Origin: an uncultured Phycisphaerales bacterium
GTDB lineage: Bacteria > Planctomycetota > Phycisphaerae > Tepidisphaerales > Tepidisphaeraceae
Length of the DNA stretch: 64,000 nt
Direction of reading: 5' to 3'
Assembly: GCA_963755915.1 (NCBI GenBank)
Contig: CAVWLP010000002.1
Span: 2,400,001 to 2,464,000 of the forward strand
Each line of letters starts with the position of its first letter. The first letter of the stretch is position 1. Below are positions 51,907 through 62,133 of this stretch, piece by piece. A model generated the notes under the pieces. That model was not told where the DNA came from. It saw only the letters and a program-made list of their open reading frames with translations, and searched no databases. A program made the position numbers and the translations under genes.

Positions 51907-53395
51907 TAATCCCGTTCGGCACGGGGTTCGCGCAAGCAGCAAGATATTGAGATTGCGCCTTTGATCTTTTTATGGCATGCTGCCGGACGTGCAGGCAAGA
52001 CTGAAGGAAAAAGAGATCCTGTGCCTCGGACATCTGCGGCGCGTTTCGCGCTGCTGCCCACGCTGCGGGATGTGGGCTGTGAGCGGGATCGAGCCGGGAA
52101 CCGCCAGCTTCACTTCGACGATTATTGCAAGCTGGTTTTGCTTTACACCTGGAATCCGCTGATCCAATCCCTGCGGGATCTTCAGGAGGTTGCTGAACTG
52201 CCCAAGGTGGCCAAGGCGCTGGGAATTAAGCGTTTTTCCGTGGGCAGTTTCTCTGAATCGGTTCGGGTGTTCGAGCCGGGGCGTTTGACGCCGCTGATTG
52301 AGGAATTGGCGGGGGAACTGCCCCAGGCGCCCGATCCGCGTCTTGCGGACTTTGGGCAGGCGATCACGCTGGTCGACGGGACGGTGCTGACGGCGCTGAG
52401 TCGGCTGGCCAAATCCGCTTGCGGCATCGATGCGCACTACAACACCTCCCGGGACGGGAAAGCGGTCTATGGCTGGCGTTTGCACGTTCAATTCGATCTG
52501 GAGACGTTCAAAGTCCATCGCCTCGACCGCACTGGCGCTCGCAACGCGGGGGCCAACCGTGAAAACAACGTCCTGCGGCGCAGCCTGGAAGCAGGACGGT
52601 GCTATGTAGGAGACGGCGGCTACGCCGACCGGAGCCTCTTTGCGGACATCGCCGCGGCGCAAAGCTCCTTTGTGATGCGGGCCGCGGAAAACTCGGTGTT
52701 TGAGCTGTTTGAAGAACGATTGCTTTCACAGGAAGCATTGGACGGCGGCGTGGTGCGAGACGCGCTGGTGAAACTCGACGGCCTGGAGACGGCGGCGGAT
52801 AGGGTGGTGCGACGGGTGGAAGTGCAGGTGAAACCCCATCCGCGCCGCACGCGCAGCGGCAACAAGCCGACGGACCTGATCATCCTGTACACGAACCTGC
52901 TGGACCTGCCGGCGGAATTGATCGCCCTGATTTATCTGTACCGCTACACCGTTGAGTTGTTCTTCCGGATCTTCAAGCAACTGCTGGGCATGCGTCACCT
53001 GCTGAGCCAACGCCAGGAGGGGATCGACATCCAAATCCACTGCGCGCTGATCGTCTGCGTGCTGATTCAGCTGATCAGCGGCAGGAAGCCGAACAAGGCG
53101 ATGCGGAACATGATCGGCTGGTATCTGCTGGGGCTGGCCGAGGAACAGGACGTGCTTCGATTCCTGAACAAGCCGGATAACACCGGGATTAAGCTGAGGG
53201 CAAGAGCGGAGGCCTTGAAAAAACTGGGAGTAAACTGAAGGGGAATCCGTCGCCGCGGAGACCTCGCGGTTGATGCTGCGCTCTTGCGGACGCCGGCGTG
53301 CAGCAGGGGAAAGTAAAAGTATCTAAGCTTCAATTGTTTCGCGTCCTCCACAGCTTTGGAATGCTCCGATGAAGCCTGCGTGCCGAACGGGATTA
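51907..53395 (+). mobile_element. IS4-family insertion sequence A
   Basis: Perfect terminal inverted repeats TAATCCCGTTCGGCACG (51907-51923) and CGTGCCGAACGGGATTA (53379-53395) around a DDE transposase. Confidence 0.92.
51977..53238 (+). CDS. IS4-family DDE transposase (frameshift near 52045)
   Basis: LVDGT, YVGDGGY and YLYRYTVELFFRIFK (Y-2-R-3-E-6-K signature). The N-terminus MLPDVQARLKEKEI is in another frame. Confidence 0.9.
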
Positions 53396-53425
53396 ACATA
53401 ATTTTACGTTTTGTTACGTTTTTGG

Positions 53426-54950
53426 CAATAGTGTCCGGAACGCGGGCTCACCAATGACACAATCTTGCCGCCTTGCGCGAAGCAGCGTTTTGTGGTTCAC
53501 TGCCGCCACGTGCACGCGGACCTTTGCCCAGCTTCTGGATTGCCCGCCAAGCCGGGACGAAAGCCGCGGCCGGCGGTGCGGGGGGAGGATTTGTTCGGCG
53601 GCAAGTACGTCGGTATTTTGCAGGATCATCTGGCCCGCCTGCGGGCGGCGCATCCCCACCCCAATCGCACGCTTTTTTATGACGATGTGACCCTTGCCTA
53701 TCTGCTGGCGTTTTTCACGCCGGCGATTCGCAGCCTGCGGACGATGGAGGATTTCAGCCAGACCGAGCAGATGCAGGAGCAGCTTTCGGTCGATCGCCTG
53801 CCGCGTTCCACGCTTTCCGATGCCAACGCCCTGTTCGATCCGACGCTGCTGGAGCCGATCATCGAGGAGTTGCGGGCGCGGCTGCCGCACCTGCGTCACG
53901 GCGATCCGAAGCTGGCGGAGTTGACCGAGCGGGTACGGGTGGTGGATGGGTCGCTGTTCACCGTTGCCGCCGACGTGGCCTGGGCGCTGCATCAAAGTCG
54001 ACCCAACGGAAAGCCCATGGACACGATTCGCCTGAATCTTCAATGGGCGGCGGGCGTGGGGGTTCCCGAGGGAGTGACGATCAGCGGCGCGGGATGCTCC
54101 GAGGCGCAGGCGCTGATGCAGTCCCTGGAGCCGGGACAGATTTACGTCATGGACCGCGGCTACGTCTGTTTCGAGCTGCTGGAGCGGATCGTACATGCCT
54201 GCAGCGATTTTGTGCTCCGGCTCAAGTCAAACAACTATTTCATTCCCATCGAAAACAATGACTTGACCCCCAAGTCCCTGCCGCTGAGCGATGAAGACCG
54301 CGCTGCCGGCATTCTCAGCGACCGGATCGGATACCTGGGCTCAGAAGGGCCACGCTTTGCTCCTCCGGCGGGAAAATGGCTTCGGGAAGTGACGATCTTC
54401 GACCCGGACAAACCCGACAGGCCCCTGCGGCTGCTGACCAATCTTCTTAACATTCCCGCCCATGTCATCGGTCTGCTCTACCGCTGGCGATGGAAGATCG
54501 AGCTGTTTTTCCGCTGGCTGAAAGTGCACGCCCACTTCCGCCATCTCACCAGCCACAGCAAAAACGGCGTCACCACCGGGTTCTACATCGCGGTCATCGG
54601 GGTGCTGTTGATCTATCTGCACACGCAGCGTCCGGTGAGCAAATATGCCTACGCGATGCTGAGCCTGGTCGCCGCGGGAGGGGCCACGTTGCAAGAGATT
54701 ATTCCCATCCTGCAGCGCCGAGAACGGGAATGCGAGCTGCAGCGTCAGCGTGTGGCACGGAAGAAGGCTGAAAAAATCGTCAAGTAAGTCACCGGGGGTT
54801 TTTGTTGTCCGGCCGCCGGTGAACGCCGCGGCATGCGCTGCAGGAGCAGCGCTGAACCTTCCACGCCGTTGCCCATCGAGGCAACGCAGCCTTTCGAGTG
54901 AAAACCCGAAAAATCCCAGCTCTAAGACGCGGAAGTCCCGGACAATATTG
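53426..54950 (+). mobile_element. IS4-family insertion sequence B
   Basis: Imperfect TIRs: CAATAGTGTCCGGAAC at 53426 and the reverse complement of the right end, CAATATTGTCCGGGAC, ending at 54950. Confidence 0.88.
53465..54787 (+). CDS. IS4-family DDE transposase (start uncertain)
   Basis: RSTLSDAN, VVDGS, YVMDRGY and YRWRWKIELFFRWLK. Confidence 0.92.
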   Translation: MPPCAKQRFVVHCRHVHADLCPASGLPAKPGRKPRPAVRGEDLFGGKYVGILQDHLARLRAAHPHPNRTLFYDDVTLAYLLAFFTPAIRSLRTMEDFSQTEQMQEQLSVDRLPRSTLSDANALFDPTLLEPIIEELRARLPHLRHGDPKLAELTERVRVVDGSLFTVAADVAWALHQSRPNGKPMDTIRLNLQWAAGVGVPEGVTISGAGCSEAQALMQSLEPGQIYVMDRGYVCFELLERIVHACSDFVLRLKSNNYFIPIENNDLTPKSLPLSDEDRAAGILSDRIGYLGSEGPRFAPPAGKWLREVTIFDPDKPDRPLRLLTNLLNIPAHVIGLLYRWRWKIELFFRWLKVHAHFRHLTSHSKNGVTTGFYIAVIGVLLIYLHTQRPVSKYAYAMLSLVAAGGATLQEIIPILQRRERECELQRQRVARKKAEKIVK

Positions 54951-55108
54951 GCTTTTTGAGAAATAGATTAGTAAATGCTAGCTTAGCTCTCAGATACTTA
55001 CGAGGTTCGACGGCGGCGGTTGCGCGAAAGAGGCGGGCTTGTTATAGGCGGATTAAACGCTGGGATGTTACACGGGGAAATACACGTTCGGGAAAATTCG
55101 CGCGTCGT

Positions 55109-56264
55109 TCAAAAATGACGCTTCCGACGTACCGACATGGCTGAACACGCAAGGAGCAGCGCAACTGCCGATGGCTCAGGGACCGGTGTCAGCACATAAG
55201 CCACGTCTTGACCACTTGGATCGATTCCCTCGCCCGTAATCTGGCCCAGATTATTGATCGCATTTGCGCTGGTTAATTTCCATCCAAGAGAATCGACAAT
55301 TGAGTTCAAATCAACCAAGCCCGTCGAGAGACTGTATGCAAACGCATCGCCGCCCGCACCCCCGACCATTTCGCCGGAATCATTTATCGCATTTGGTATA
55401 AAGCCTCCGAGATCCGTCATACCGACACCTGGGGTGTAAAGAAATCCTCGATCGATCTGGGTCGGAGAAGAGACATATTCGTAAAGACCTGCAACTTGGC
55501 CAGAATCACTAATGGAAACGGGAAAGCTTTGGCCATTTGTGAGAGTACTAAGACTGCCAAGATCCTGAACCATCCCCGTATTCAATGAATAAATCGCTGC
55601 ATGATTGTTTGAGTCCAAACCGATGATCTGTCCGCTATTGTTGATCCCGGTGGCATTGGTAATGGCAGGTTGATTGGGGGCATAATTCAGCGGCTGCATT
55701 CCCGAGCTAAGCGTGTATAGGAACGGTTGGCCAACGCCACCTGCGATTTGGCTTAAATTGCCGACAATCTGTCCGGCGTTATTGATACCTGATGCCATGC
55801 CGAATCGATACGTACCGCCATTCGGGCCCATATCAACCACTCCGGTGCTGCTGGAATAAAAGAAAGCCTGATATTGTCCGTAGGTTCCGGCCATATCGCC
55901 GGAATCATTTAGGCCCGCAATAGAAATTATCGTGGTAGTGTCGGCGACTGGCGTCAAGGCTGCATTCGGCGGCGCAATAAAGACATTGGAATCAAGCAGT
56001 CCCAAGTCATAAGATATCTGGACTGCTTGCGTTTGCTCTCCCGCCACTTCCCCCCTCATTGTTGATCGCAATTCCGTCCGCGCTGTCCAACCCTCCGTTT
56101 CCTAGGTCCGTGATAGTGTAAGCGGTCCCCGCTTCGGATCGCGAAACGAACGTTGTCATTGCCGCCGTCACCAAAACGAATTTGACCGATAACATTCGTT
56201 GGACAAAGTGGACAGCAGCTCCATGCCAGCGGGAAAAAACGCTACATGTTACGGGGTTCTCCAT
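55109..56264 (-). CDS. PEP-CTERM protein with HAF-type extracellular repeats (frameshift near 56050)
   Basis: YTITDLG, repeated GINNAGQIVG / AFLY...MTDLG units and terminal VPEPS-TM-RRKR, across ORFs 56007..56264 and 55109..56071. Confidence 0.88.
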
Positions 56265-56563
56265 ACGGCCCTCCTCTGACGATCGTCGTCAGCCACTTCG
56301 TGCATGATACCGCCGGTTCGAGTTCACCCAAAAGCTTTTCTCTGCTCGCAGCCATCTGAATCACGTCGGTTCGGCCCCGTGTCCGTGGCCGCGGCCTTCG
56401 AAACCGTTCCATCAACAGTATTCCTCAGCCGGCGTTCCGCCCCGCGAGATACCTGGCGTGCGGAAAACGGCACGGTTCCCCTCCAAATCGCAAACTGATG
56501 CCGCTCCCATGACCCGTCGAAGTTGCCAAATCCATCGCGGCCGGTAAACCTGTCGCTCGCCCA

Positions 56564-56998
56564 ATGCGCGAAATCACCACCGAAATCGAAATCAACGCAC
56601 CGCCCGCGCGTGTCTGGGAGATTCTTACGGACTTCGCGCGTTACCCGCAGTGGAATCCGTTCATCACAAATATCGAGGGACGTCCCATCGTCGGCGAAAG
56701 GCTCAAAGTGCTCATTCGCCCGCCGGGCGGCAAGGGAATGACCTTTCGCCCAATCGTGCTTGCGGTCCAGCCGCCCAGCGAATTGCGCTGGCTGGGAAGG
56801 CTCATCCTCCCGGGCATTTTCGACGGCGAGCACCGCTTCCAAATCGAGCCGCTCGATGCGGCCCGTTCCAGATTCCGGCAATCCGAGCAATTCAAAGGGA
56901 TTCTCGTGCCCATCCTCTGGCGCACCATGGCCACGTCCACCCGCCACGGATTTGAGGCGATGAACGCGGCAGTCAAAACCCAAGCGGAAAAGACATAG
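56564..56998 (+). CDS. SRPBCC (polyketide cyclase-like) domain protein
   Basis: TEIEINAPPARVWEILTDFARYPQWNPFI, ELRWLG, FDGEHRF and GFEAMN. Confidence 0.92.
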   Translation: MREITTEIEINAPPARVWEILTDFARYPQWNPFITNIEGRPIVGERLKVLIRPPGGKGMTFRPIVLAVQPPSELRWLGRLILPGIFDGEHRFQIEPLDAARSRFRQSEQFKGILVPILWRTMATSTRHGFEAMNAAVKTQAEKT

Positions 56999-57177
56999 AA
57001 CCGCGGATGACACGGGATACAAAAGCGTCCCCTTCCTGCTCGCAACCCGCAACCCGCGACTCGCTACTCACAACTATCTCCCTCTTATCCGTGCCGGCTC
57101 GACTGAGCGCTCGCCGAAGTCCATCCGCGAAATCCGCGGTCTCCCTTCTTCCCCCAATCTCTTCGCGGTAAATCGCT

Positions 57178-57630
57178 TTAATTAATCTTCACCGTAAACA
57201 GCACCAGATTCGCAATCGTGAGAACGAAGCAGGCGATGGTGAGCCGAATTCGCGCCGCCAGCGGCATTCGCCGGATGCGCCGCCATTGCCAGAGCCACAC
57301 CGCCAGCATCCCGCCTTCGACGATCAGGCCTATTCCGTTTACGACGAGGAAAGGTTTCCACCAGTTTCCCCAGTTCGGTTGCATCATCATGCGGACAAAG
57401 AAATAAATAATGAGCAGCCCATTGAGACCCGAACCCGCAGAGAGGGCGATAAGCCCCGCGATGAGCAGCCGCTGTTTCGTCTCCGCGAGGTTCACACGCA
57501 GCACAAGCTGCTCGCCGCATTCCGGGCAGCGGGCCGCGCGGAGATCGCGCAGGTTGTAATCGCACTGCGGACAGAGCACATCCCGCCCGGCCAGATAGGC
57601 GATGAGCTGCGGCTCGTCATTGTCTGCCAT
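57178..57630 (-). CDS. Hypothetical zinc-ribbon + TM protein
   Basis: CPQCDYNLRDLRAARCPECG followed by three TM segments. Confidence 0.72.
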   Translation of the reverse strand: MADNDEPQLIAYLAGRDVLCPQCDYNLRDLRAARCPECGEQLVLRVNLAETKQRLLIAGLIALSAGSGLNGLLIIYFFVRMMMQPNWGNWWKPFLVVNGIGLIVEGGMLAVWLWQWRRIRRMPLAARIRLTIACFVLTIANLVLFTVKIN

Positions 57631-57839
57631 TAAACGCCAATCTTAACGAATCCCCTCAATCCATACCCCAAACCGCAAGATCCCCAAAAACTGTGCGCGC
57701 ATTTTGCACGATGGCCAAAACCCCCTCGCAAAACCGCTCGCAACACTCAACCCGCAAAACAATTACGTCGCGGAGAGTAAGATAGTTTTTGCTAACTTAG
57801 CTCTCAAAAGTGTTCAGTTTTGTTCAATTGTGTTCAGTG

Positions 57840-58490
57840 CTACTGCGTGCGCTGGCCGAGGGAGAGCGAGTTGAGGTCCATCGTCGCCTTCAGATAGGTC
57901 AGGTCATCCGCGGTGGCCGGGGCGATCAGGAGGGAGACGTTGGTCCACACGCCCGGCTCCAGAGTCTGCGGGAAGGGGTAGTCGGCGGAGCGGAGGGTTC
58001 TTTGCCATTGGGTGTAGTCGGTGCTGGGCTTCCACGCGGGGCCGTAGGCGAGGTGCAGCACCCCGCCGTGGAAGATCGCGGTCGTGGGGTTGCCGATCTT
58101 TATGGTGAGGCGGTAGCCCGTCTGGTACGGCTGGCTGTCGTCGCAGGCGATGAGCAGCGTGCCTTCATCCGTCCTTAGCGGGACGAAGCTTTTGTTAGTG
58201 GGGTCCAGGTTGACGCCGCGGTCGGAGAGGGTGGTGAGCTGGGAGTTGCACTGATCGATTTTGTCGGATTGGCTCCTGGAGTCCGACGCGAGGGCCGCGA
58301 GTTGGGATTTCTGGGAATCGACGGTTTGCTGAAGCGAGTGGATCTGGTCTCTGAGCGAATCAATTTCGCGCGGCATGGGATCCGGCTGCAGCAGTGCGAA
58401 CGCCGATTCCGGCCCGCGGGATAGGGCGATGTAGGTGGAGATAAAGATGGTGAGGAAAATGGCGGTCCAGCCAAGGACTTGTCGAGGCAT
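57840..58490 (-). CDS. Membrane-anchored coiled-coil protein, DUF3251/YajI-like
   Basis: N-terminal TM, Gln/Ser heptad stretch, then LDP...PYQTGYRLTIKIGNP. Confidence 0.62.
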   Translation of the reverse strand: MPRQVLGWTAIFLTIFISTYIALSRGPESAFALLQPDPMPREIDSLRDQIHSLQQTVDSQKSQLAALASDSRSQSDKIDQCNSQLTTLSDRGVNLDPTNKSFVPLRTDEGTLLIACDDSQPYQTGYRLTIKIGNPTTAIFHGGVLHLAYGPAWKPSTDYTQWQRTLRSADYPFPQTLEPGVWTNVSLLIAPATADDLTYLKATMDLNSLSLGQRTQ

Positions 58491-58616
58491 GCGAAGGCTC
58501 CGTGGTCGCCGAATCGGTTGTTTGTGGGGGGGAGGATTAGAAAATTGCCGGCGGTTCCGATAATTCGGCGGCTGGAGGCCGCCGGGCGGTACGCCGCGGG
58601 TGGTACCCCGCGAAAC

Positions 58617-59726
58617 TCACCCCCGGAGGCCGTCCGCCAAATTGCCGATGCCGGGAGATGCGCTGACCTTGGGCGGCCGCCGGGAAAGCGACGTGGCCGG
58701 GAGCTCGATCAGGCGGTAGGTCGCCCATGCCGCGATGATGGTGAGGCCCAGGGATGCGGCCAAGGTGAGAAAAATGTGGGGCACGTCAGGACGGCCGAGG
58801 AGTCGCGTAAGGTATTCGAGGATCGGTTCGTGGATGAGGTAGAACGAGTAGCTGATCGAGCCGAGGAAGACCAGGGGACGAGGCGGGAGAAAACTGTTCT
58901 GCCGGATCCACCAGTCGAGCGTCGAAGCCGCGGCCAGCGACCAGGCCAGAGAGGCCCACTGATCCTCCCGTGCAGTCAGCAGAAGCGCGGCCGGGATGGC
59001 CAGGGAAAGCGTCATGCGCGGCGGGAGAAGCATCGGTTTGGCCGCGACGAAACGCTCGGCCAGAAGGGCGCCAAGCGTCCACTGCGCATATGACGCAAGG
59101 AGACAGCGGACGAGAAAGGGGGAATGCTGCCCGGTGATCGTAAGGGCCAGGCAATACGTTGCGCTCAGCGCAAATGCCAGCAGCGCAGCGCGGGGCATTC
59201 CCAGGAATCGACGAAGCAAAAGAAGGAGCGGATAGGCGAGATAGAATTGCCATTCGACGGCGAGGCTCCAGAAGGAGGAATTGATCTGCAGGAAATATTG
59301 CGGGGAAAAGTTGTGGAGCATGAGTGCGTGGCTGAGGATCGCGGCGGGGGCGTAGGGCGTGGGACGCGTGGGATGGCAGAGGGAGAAAATCCCCAGCCAG
59401 AGCAAGTACGCCGGGAAGATTCGGAAGAACCGGCGTTGAAGGAATTGAGGCGTTGAAAAGTTGCAAGCGGGGGCGCGGCAAAAGGCAAGGTGAATGCAGA
59501 AACCGGAGAGGACAAAGAAGATGGGCACGCCACAGTCACCGTAGCCCAGGGGCGAGAGGAATTTGGCGACGAGGACGAGGTGCGGATTGGCTGCGGTGGC
59601 GGTGAAGGAGAGCCAGTACCAGTGGAAGGCGAAGACAAGAGCGGCGGCGAAGCCGCGCAGGGCGTCGAGCTGGGGGAGATGGTCGGTGCGGCGAGGGGTC
59701 GTCGCGCATGGAAAACTTGTTCGCAT
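58617..59726 (-). CDS. Acyltransferase family 3 (OafA-like)
   Basis: LDALRGFAA, GVPIFFVLSGF, RRFFRIFPAY, WSLAVEWQFY, LGSISYSFYLIH and YRLIELP. Confidence 0.92.
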   Translation of the reverse strand: MRTSFPCATTPRRTDHLPQLDALRGFAAALVFAFHWYWLSFTATAANPHLVLVAKFLSPLGYGDCGVPIFFVLSGFCIHLAFCRAPACNFSTPQFLQRRFFRIFPAYLLWLGIFSLCHPTRPTPYAPAAILSHALMLHNFSPQYFLQINSSFWSLAVEWQFYLAYPLLLLLRRFLGMPRAALLAFALSATYCLALTITGQHSPFLVRCLLASYAQWTLGALLAERFVAAKPMLLPPRMTLSLAIPAALLLTAREDQWASLAWSLAAASTLDWWIRQNSFLPPRPLVFLGSISYSFYLIHEPILEYLTRLLGRPDVPHIFLTLAASLGLTIIAAWATYRLIELPATSLSRRPPKVSASPGIGNLADGLRG

Positions 59727-59846
59727 AGGCGAATGCTGCGGGGTGTTGCTGGAGTTCAGAATTCAATAGATTTCGAGAAAAGCAAAAAGTGAACTGTCGC
59801 AGGGTGAAGAGGTGGGGATTATCGGACGGCGTTTTCCGGCTGTTCG

Positions 59847-60650
59847 CTATTTCGACTGGCATTTCGGGCAGAAGTGGGTCGAGCGGCCACCGAGGACGAT
59901 ACGCCGGATCGGGGTTTTGCAGCGGGGGCAGGGTTTGTTGGCGCGGTCGTAGACGCGGTGGATTTTTTGGAAGTTGCCGGGGATTCCGTTGGCATCGCGA
60001 TAGTCGCGCAGGGTGCTGCCGCGGTGGTGGATGGCGCGGTTAAGGACTTTTTTGATCGAGCGCGTCAGGCGAGTGATTTGATCGCTCTTGAGGCGGTGGG
60101 CGGGGGTTTGGGGGTGGATGCGGGAATCGAAGAGTGCTTCGTCGGCGTAGATGTTGCCGACGCCGGCGAGGAGTTTCTGGTCAAGGAGGGCGGTTTTGAT
60201 GGCGCGCTTGGTTTTTTTCAGCAGCGGGGCGAATGTTTTGGGCGTCAGCGTGAGGGGTTCGGGGCCAAGGTTGGTGTCGGGGGATTCTTTGGGGGAGAGG
60301 AGGAAAAGTCCGCCGAAGCGGCGGGGGTCGGTGAAACGGAGTTGCTGGTCCGCGATGTCGAGGATGAGATGGGTGTGGGGGATGTGCGGGGAAGCGGGAC
60401 GCTCCAGTGTAAGGCGGCCGGTCATGCCGAGGTGGAAAAAAAAACGGGTTTGGTCGTCGAGGGTGAAGATGATCTTTTTGCCCCGGCGGTGGAGGGATGC
60501 GATGAAGCGGTTTTGAAGCAGTGCGGGGAGGTTGGGGGTGGGGGGATCGACGATGTCGGGGCGGAGGACCTGGACGGAGACGATCTGGCGGGAAATGATC
60601 GTAGGGGCGAGAGTACGGACGACGGTTTCGACTTCGGGGAGTTCGGGCAT
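59847..60650 (-). CDS. mutM: Formamidopyrimidine-DNA glycosylase
   Basis: MPELPEVE, RRGK, HLGMTG, DPRRFG, GVGNIYADE and a CPRC...CPKCQ zinc finger. Confidence 0.97.
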   Translation of the reverse strand: MPELPEVETVVRTLAPTIISRQIVSVQVLRPDIVDPPTPNLPALLQNRFIASLHRRGKKIIFTLDDQTRFFFHLGMTGRLTLERPASPHIPHTHLILDIADQQLRFTDPRRFGGLFLLSPKESPDTNLGPEPLTLTPKTFAPLLKKTKRAIKTALLDQKLLAGVGNIYADEALFDSRIHPQTPAHRLKSDQITRLTRSIKKVLNRAIHHRGSTLRDYRDANGIPGNFQKIHRVYDRANKPCPRCKTPIRRIVLGGRSTHFCPKCQSK

Positions 60651-60773
60651 TGGGGGATTGTAGGATGAGAAAGCGGCTGGGGAAGTTGCGGGTTGCGAGT
60701 TGGGAGTTGCGAGGGGAAGATGGGGTTACGCGCGAATAGAGTTGTTATTGATTGACAGAGAAAGGGTAGCTGC

Positions 60774-61852
60774 ATGGAAACGCAAGTTGGCAATTCGACG
60801 GGGCTGGCGGAAGAAGAGATGGCGGCGGTGCAGAAGCTTCAGAAGGGATCGGCGGACATGAAAGCGGAGCTGGCGAAGGTGATCGTGGGGCAGGAGGATG
60901 TGATTGAAGAGCTGCTGATTGCATTGTTTTGCCGGGGGCATGCGCTGCTGGTGGGGGTGCCGGGGTTGGCGAAGACGCTGCTGATCTCGACGTTATCGAA
61001 AACATTGGGGCTGAGTTTTAATCGGATTCAGTTTACGCCGGATTTGATGCCGTCGGATATTACGGGGACGGAGGTGATTGAGGAGGACAAGACGACGGGG
61101 GGGAGACAGTTGCGGTTTGTGAGGGGGCCGGTGTTTGCGAATGTGATATTGGCGGATGAGATCAACCGCACACCGCCGAAGACGCAGGCGGCGCTTCTGG
61201 AGGCGATGCAGGAGCATCAAGTCACGGCGGGAGGGAAGCAGCATCGGTTGCCGCAGCCGTTTTTTGTGCTGGCGACGCAGAATCCGATCGAGCAGGAGGG
61301 GACGTATCCGTTACCGGAGGCCCAACTTGATCGGTTTATGTTCAACATCAATGTGGGGTATCCGACGGAGGATGAGGAGTTTCAGATCGTGCGGGTGACG
61401 ACGGCGCCGCGGAATTTTGAGCTGAAGCATGTGCTCAGCGGGGAAGAGGTTTTGCAGCTTCAGGAGATCGTGAGGAAGGTGCCGGTGGCGGATCATGTAA
61501 TCCGGTACGCGCTGCAACTGAGCCGGCTGACGCGAAGGACGGAGGGGGGATGTCCGGCTTTTGTGAATGAGTTTGTGGAGTGGGGCGCCGGGCCGCGGGC
61601 GAGCCAATATTTGATTCTGGCGGGGAAGGCGCGGCGCTGCTTCAGGGGAGATATCACGTGAGCACGGAGGATATCCGGCAGGTGGCGCTGCCGGTGCTGC
61701 GGCACCGGATTGTGACGAATTTTAATGCGGAGGCGGAGGGTGTGAAGAGCGATACGATCGTCCGGCGATTGCTGGAGCATATTCCGAGGCAGCAGTATGA
61801 GGAGATGGATCGGACCGCGGCGCGGATGATGAAGGAATCGCCGGCGGCGTGA
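60774..61852 (+). CDS. MoxR-family AAA+ ATPase (frameshift near 61633)
   Basis: GVPGLAKT, RIQFTPDLMPSD, DEINRTPPKTQAALLEAM and ATQNPIEQEGTYPLPEAQLDRF. C-terminal VLRHRI is in ORF 61580..61852. Confidence 0.95.
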
Positions 61853-61862
61853 GGAGAATTTT

Positions 61863-62129
61863 ATGACAGCGGATCAACTTCGGGAATTCAAGCATCGATC
61901 GCCCTTCAAGCCGTTTACGATTCATATGAACAATGGGTCGCAGTTTGCGGTGGATGATCCAGAATCGCTGGTTTTGCCGAGAGATTGGTCTACCGATGCG
62001 ATTGTGACAATGCCGAGGGGCAGATTCGCGTTCGTTTATTTAAGGAACGTTACGCATGTGTCGAGCGAGCGACCGTGGCCGAAGATGAGGCGGAGGCGCG
62101 GGCGCGGGAATGGGTCGCAGCCAGAGTAA
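61863..62129 (+). CDS. Hypothetical protein, 88 aa (PFxPF-x-I...G...V-x-x-PE type)
   Basis: GAGGAG RBS and tight spacing inside the moxR operon. Confidence 0.7.
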   Translation: MTADQLREFKHRSPFKPFTIHMNNGSQFAVDDPESLVLPRDWSTDAIVTMPRGRFAFVYLRNVTHVSSERPWPKMRRRRGRGNGSQPE

Positions 62130-62133
62130 CAAC

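Noticed and set aside
51977-52060. Programmed frameshift in transposase A
   Set aside because: No slippery heptamer, IS4 enzymes are normally single ORFs, and it looks like the other indel errors.
51907-54950. Composite transposon
   Set aside because: The two IS differ in TIR and transposase, and enclose only 30 bp.
54952-57838. Integron cassette array
   Set aside because: No intI, the palindromes lack clear RYYYAAC/GTTRRRY ends, and the genes are in mixed orientation.
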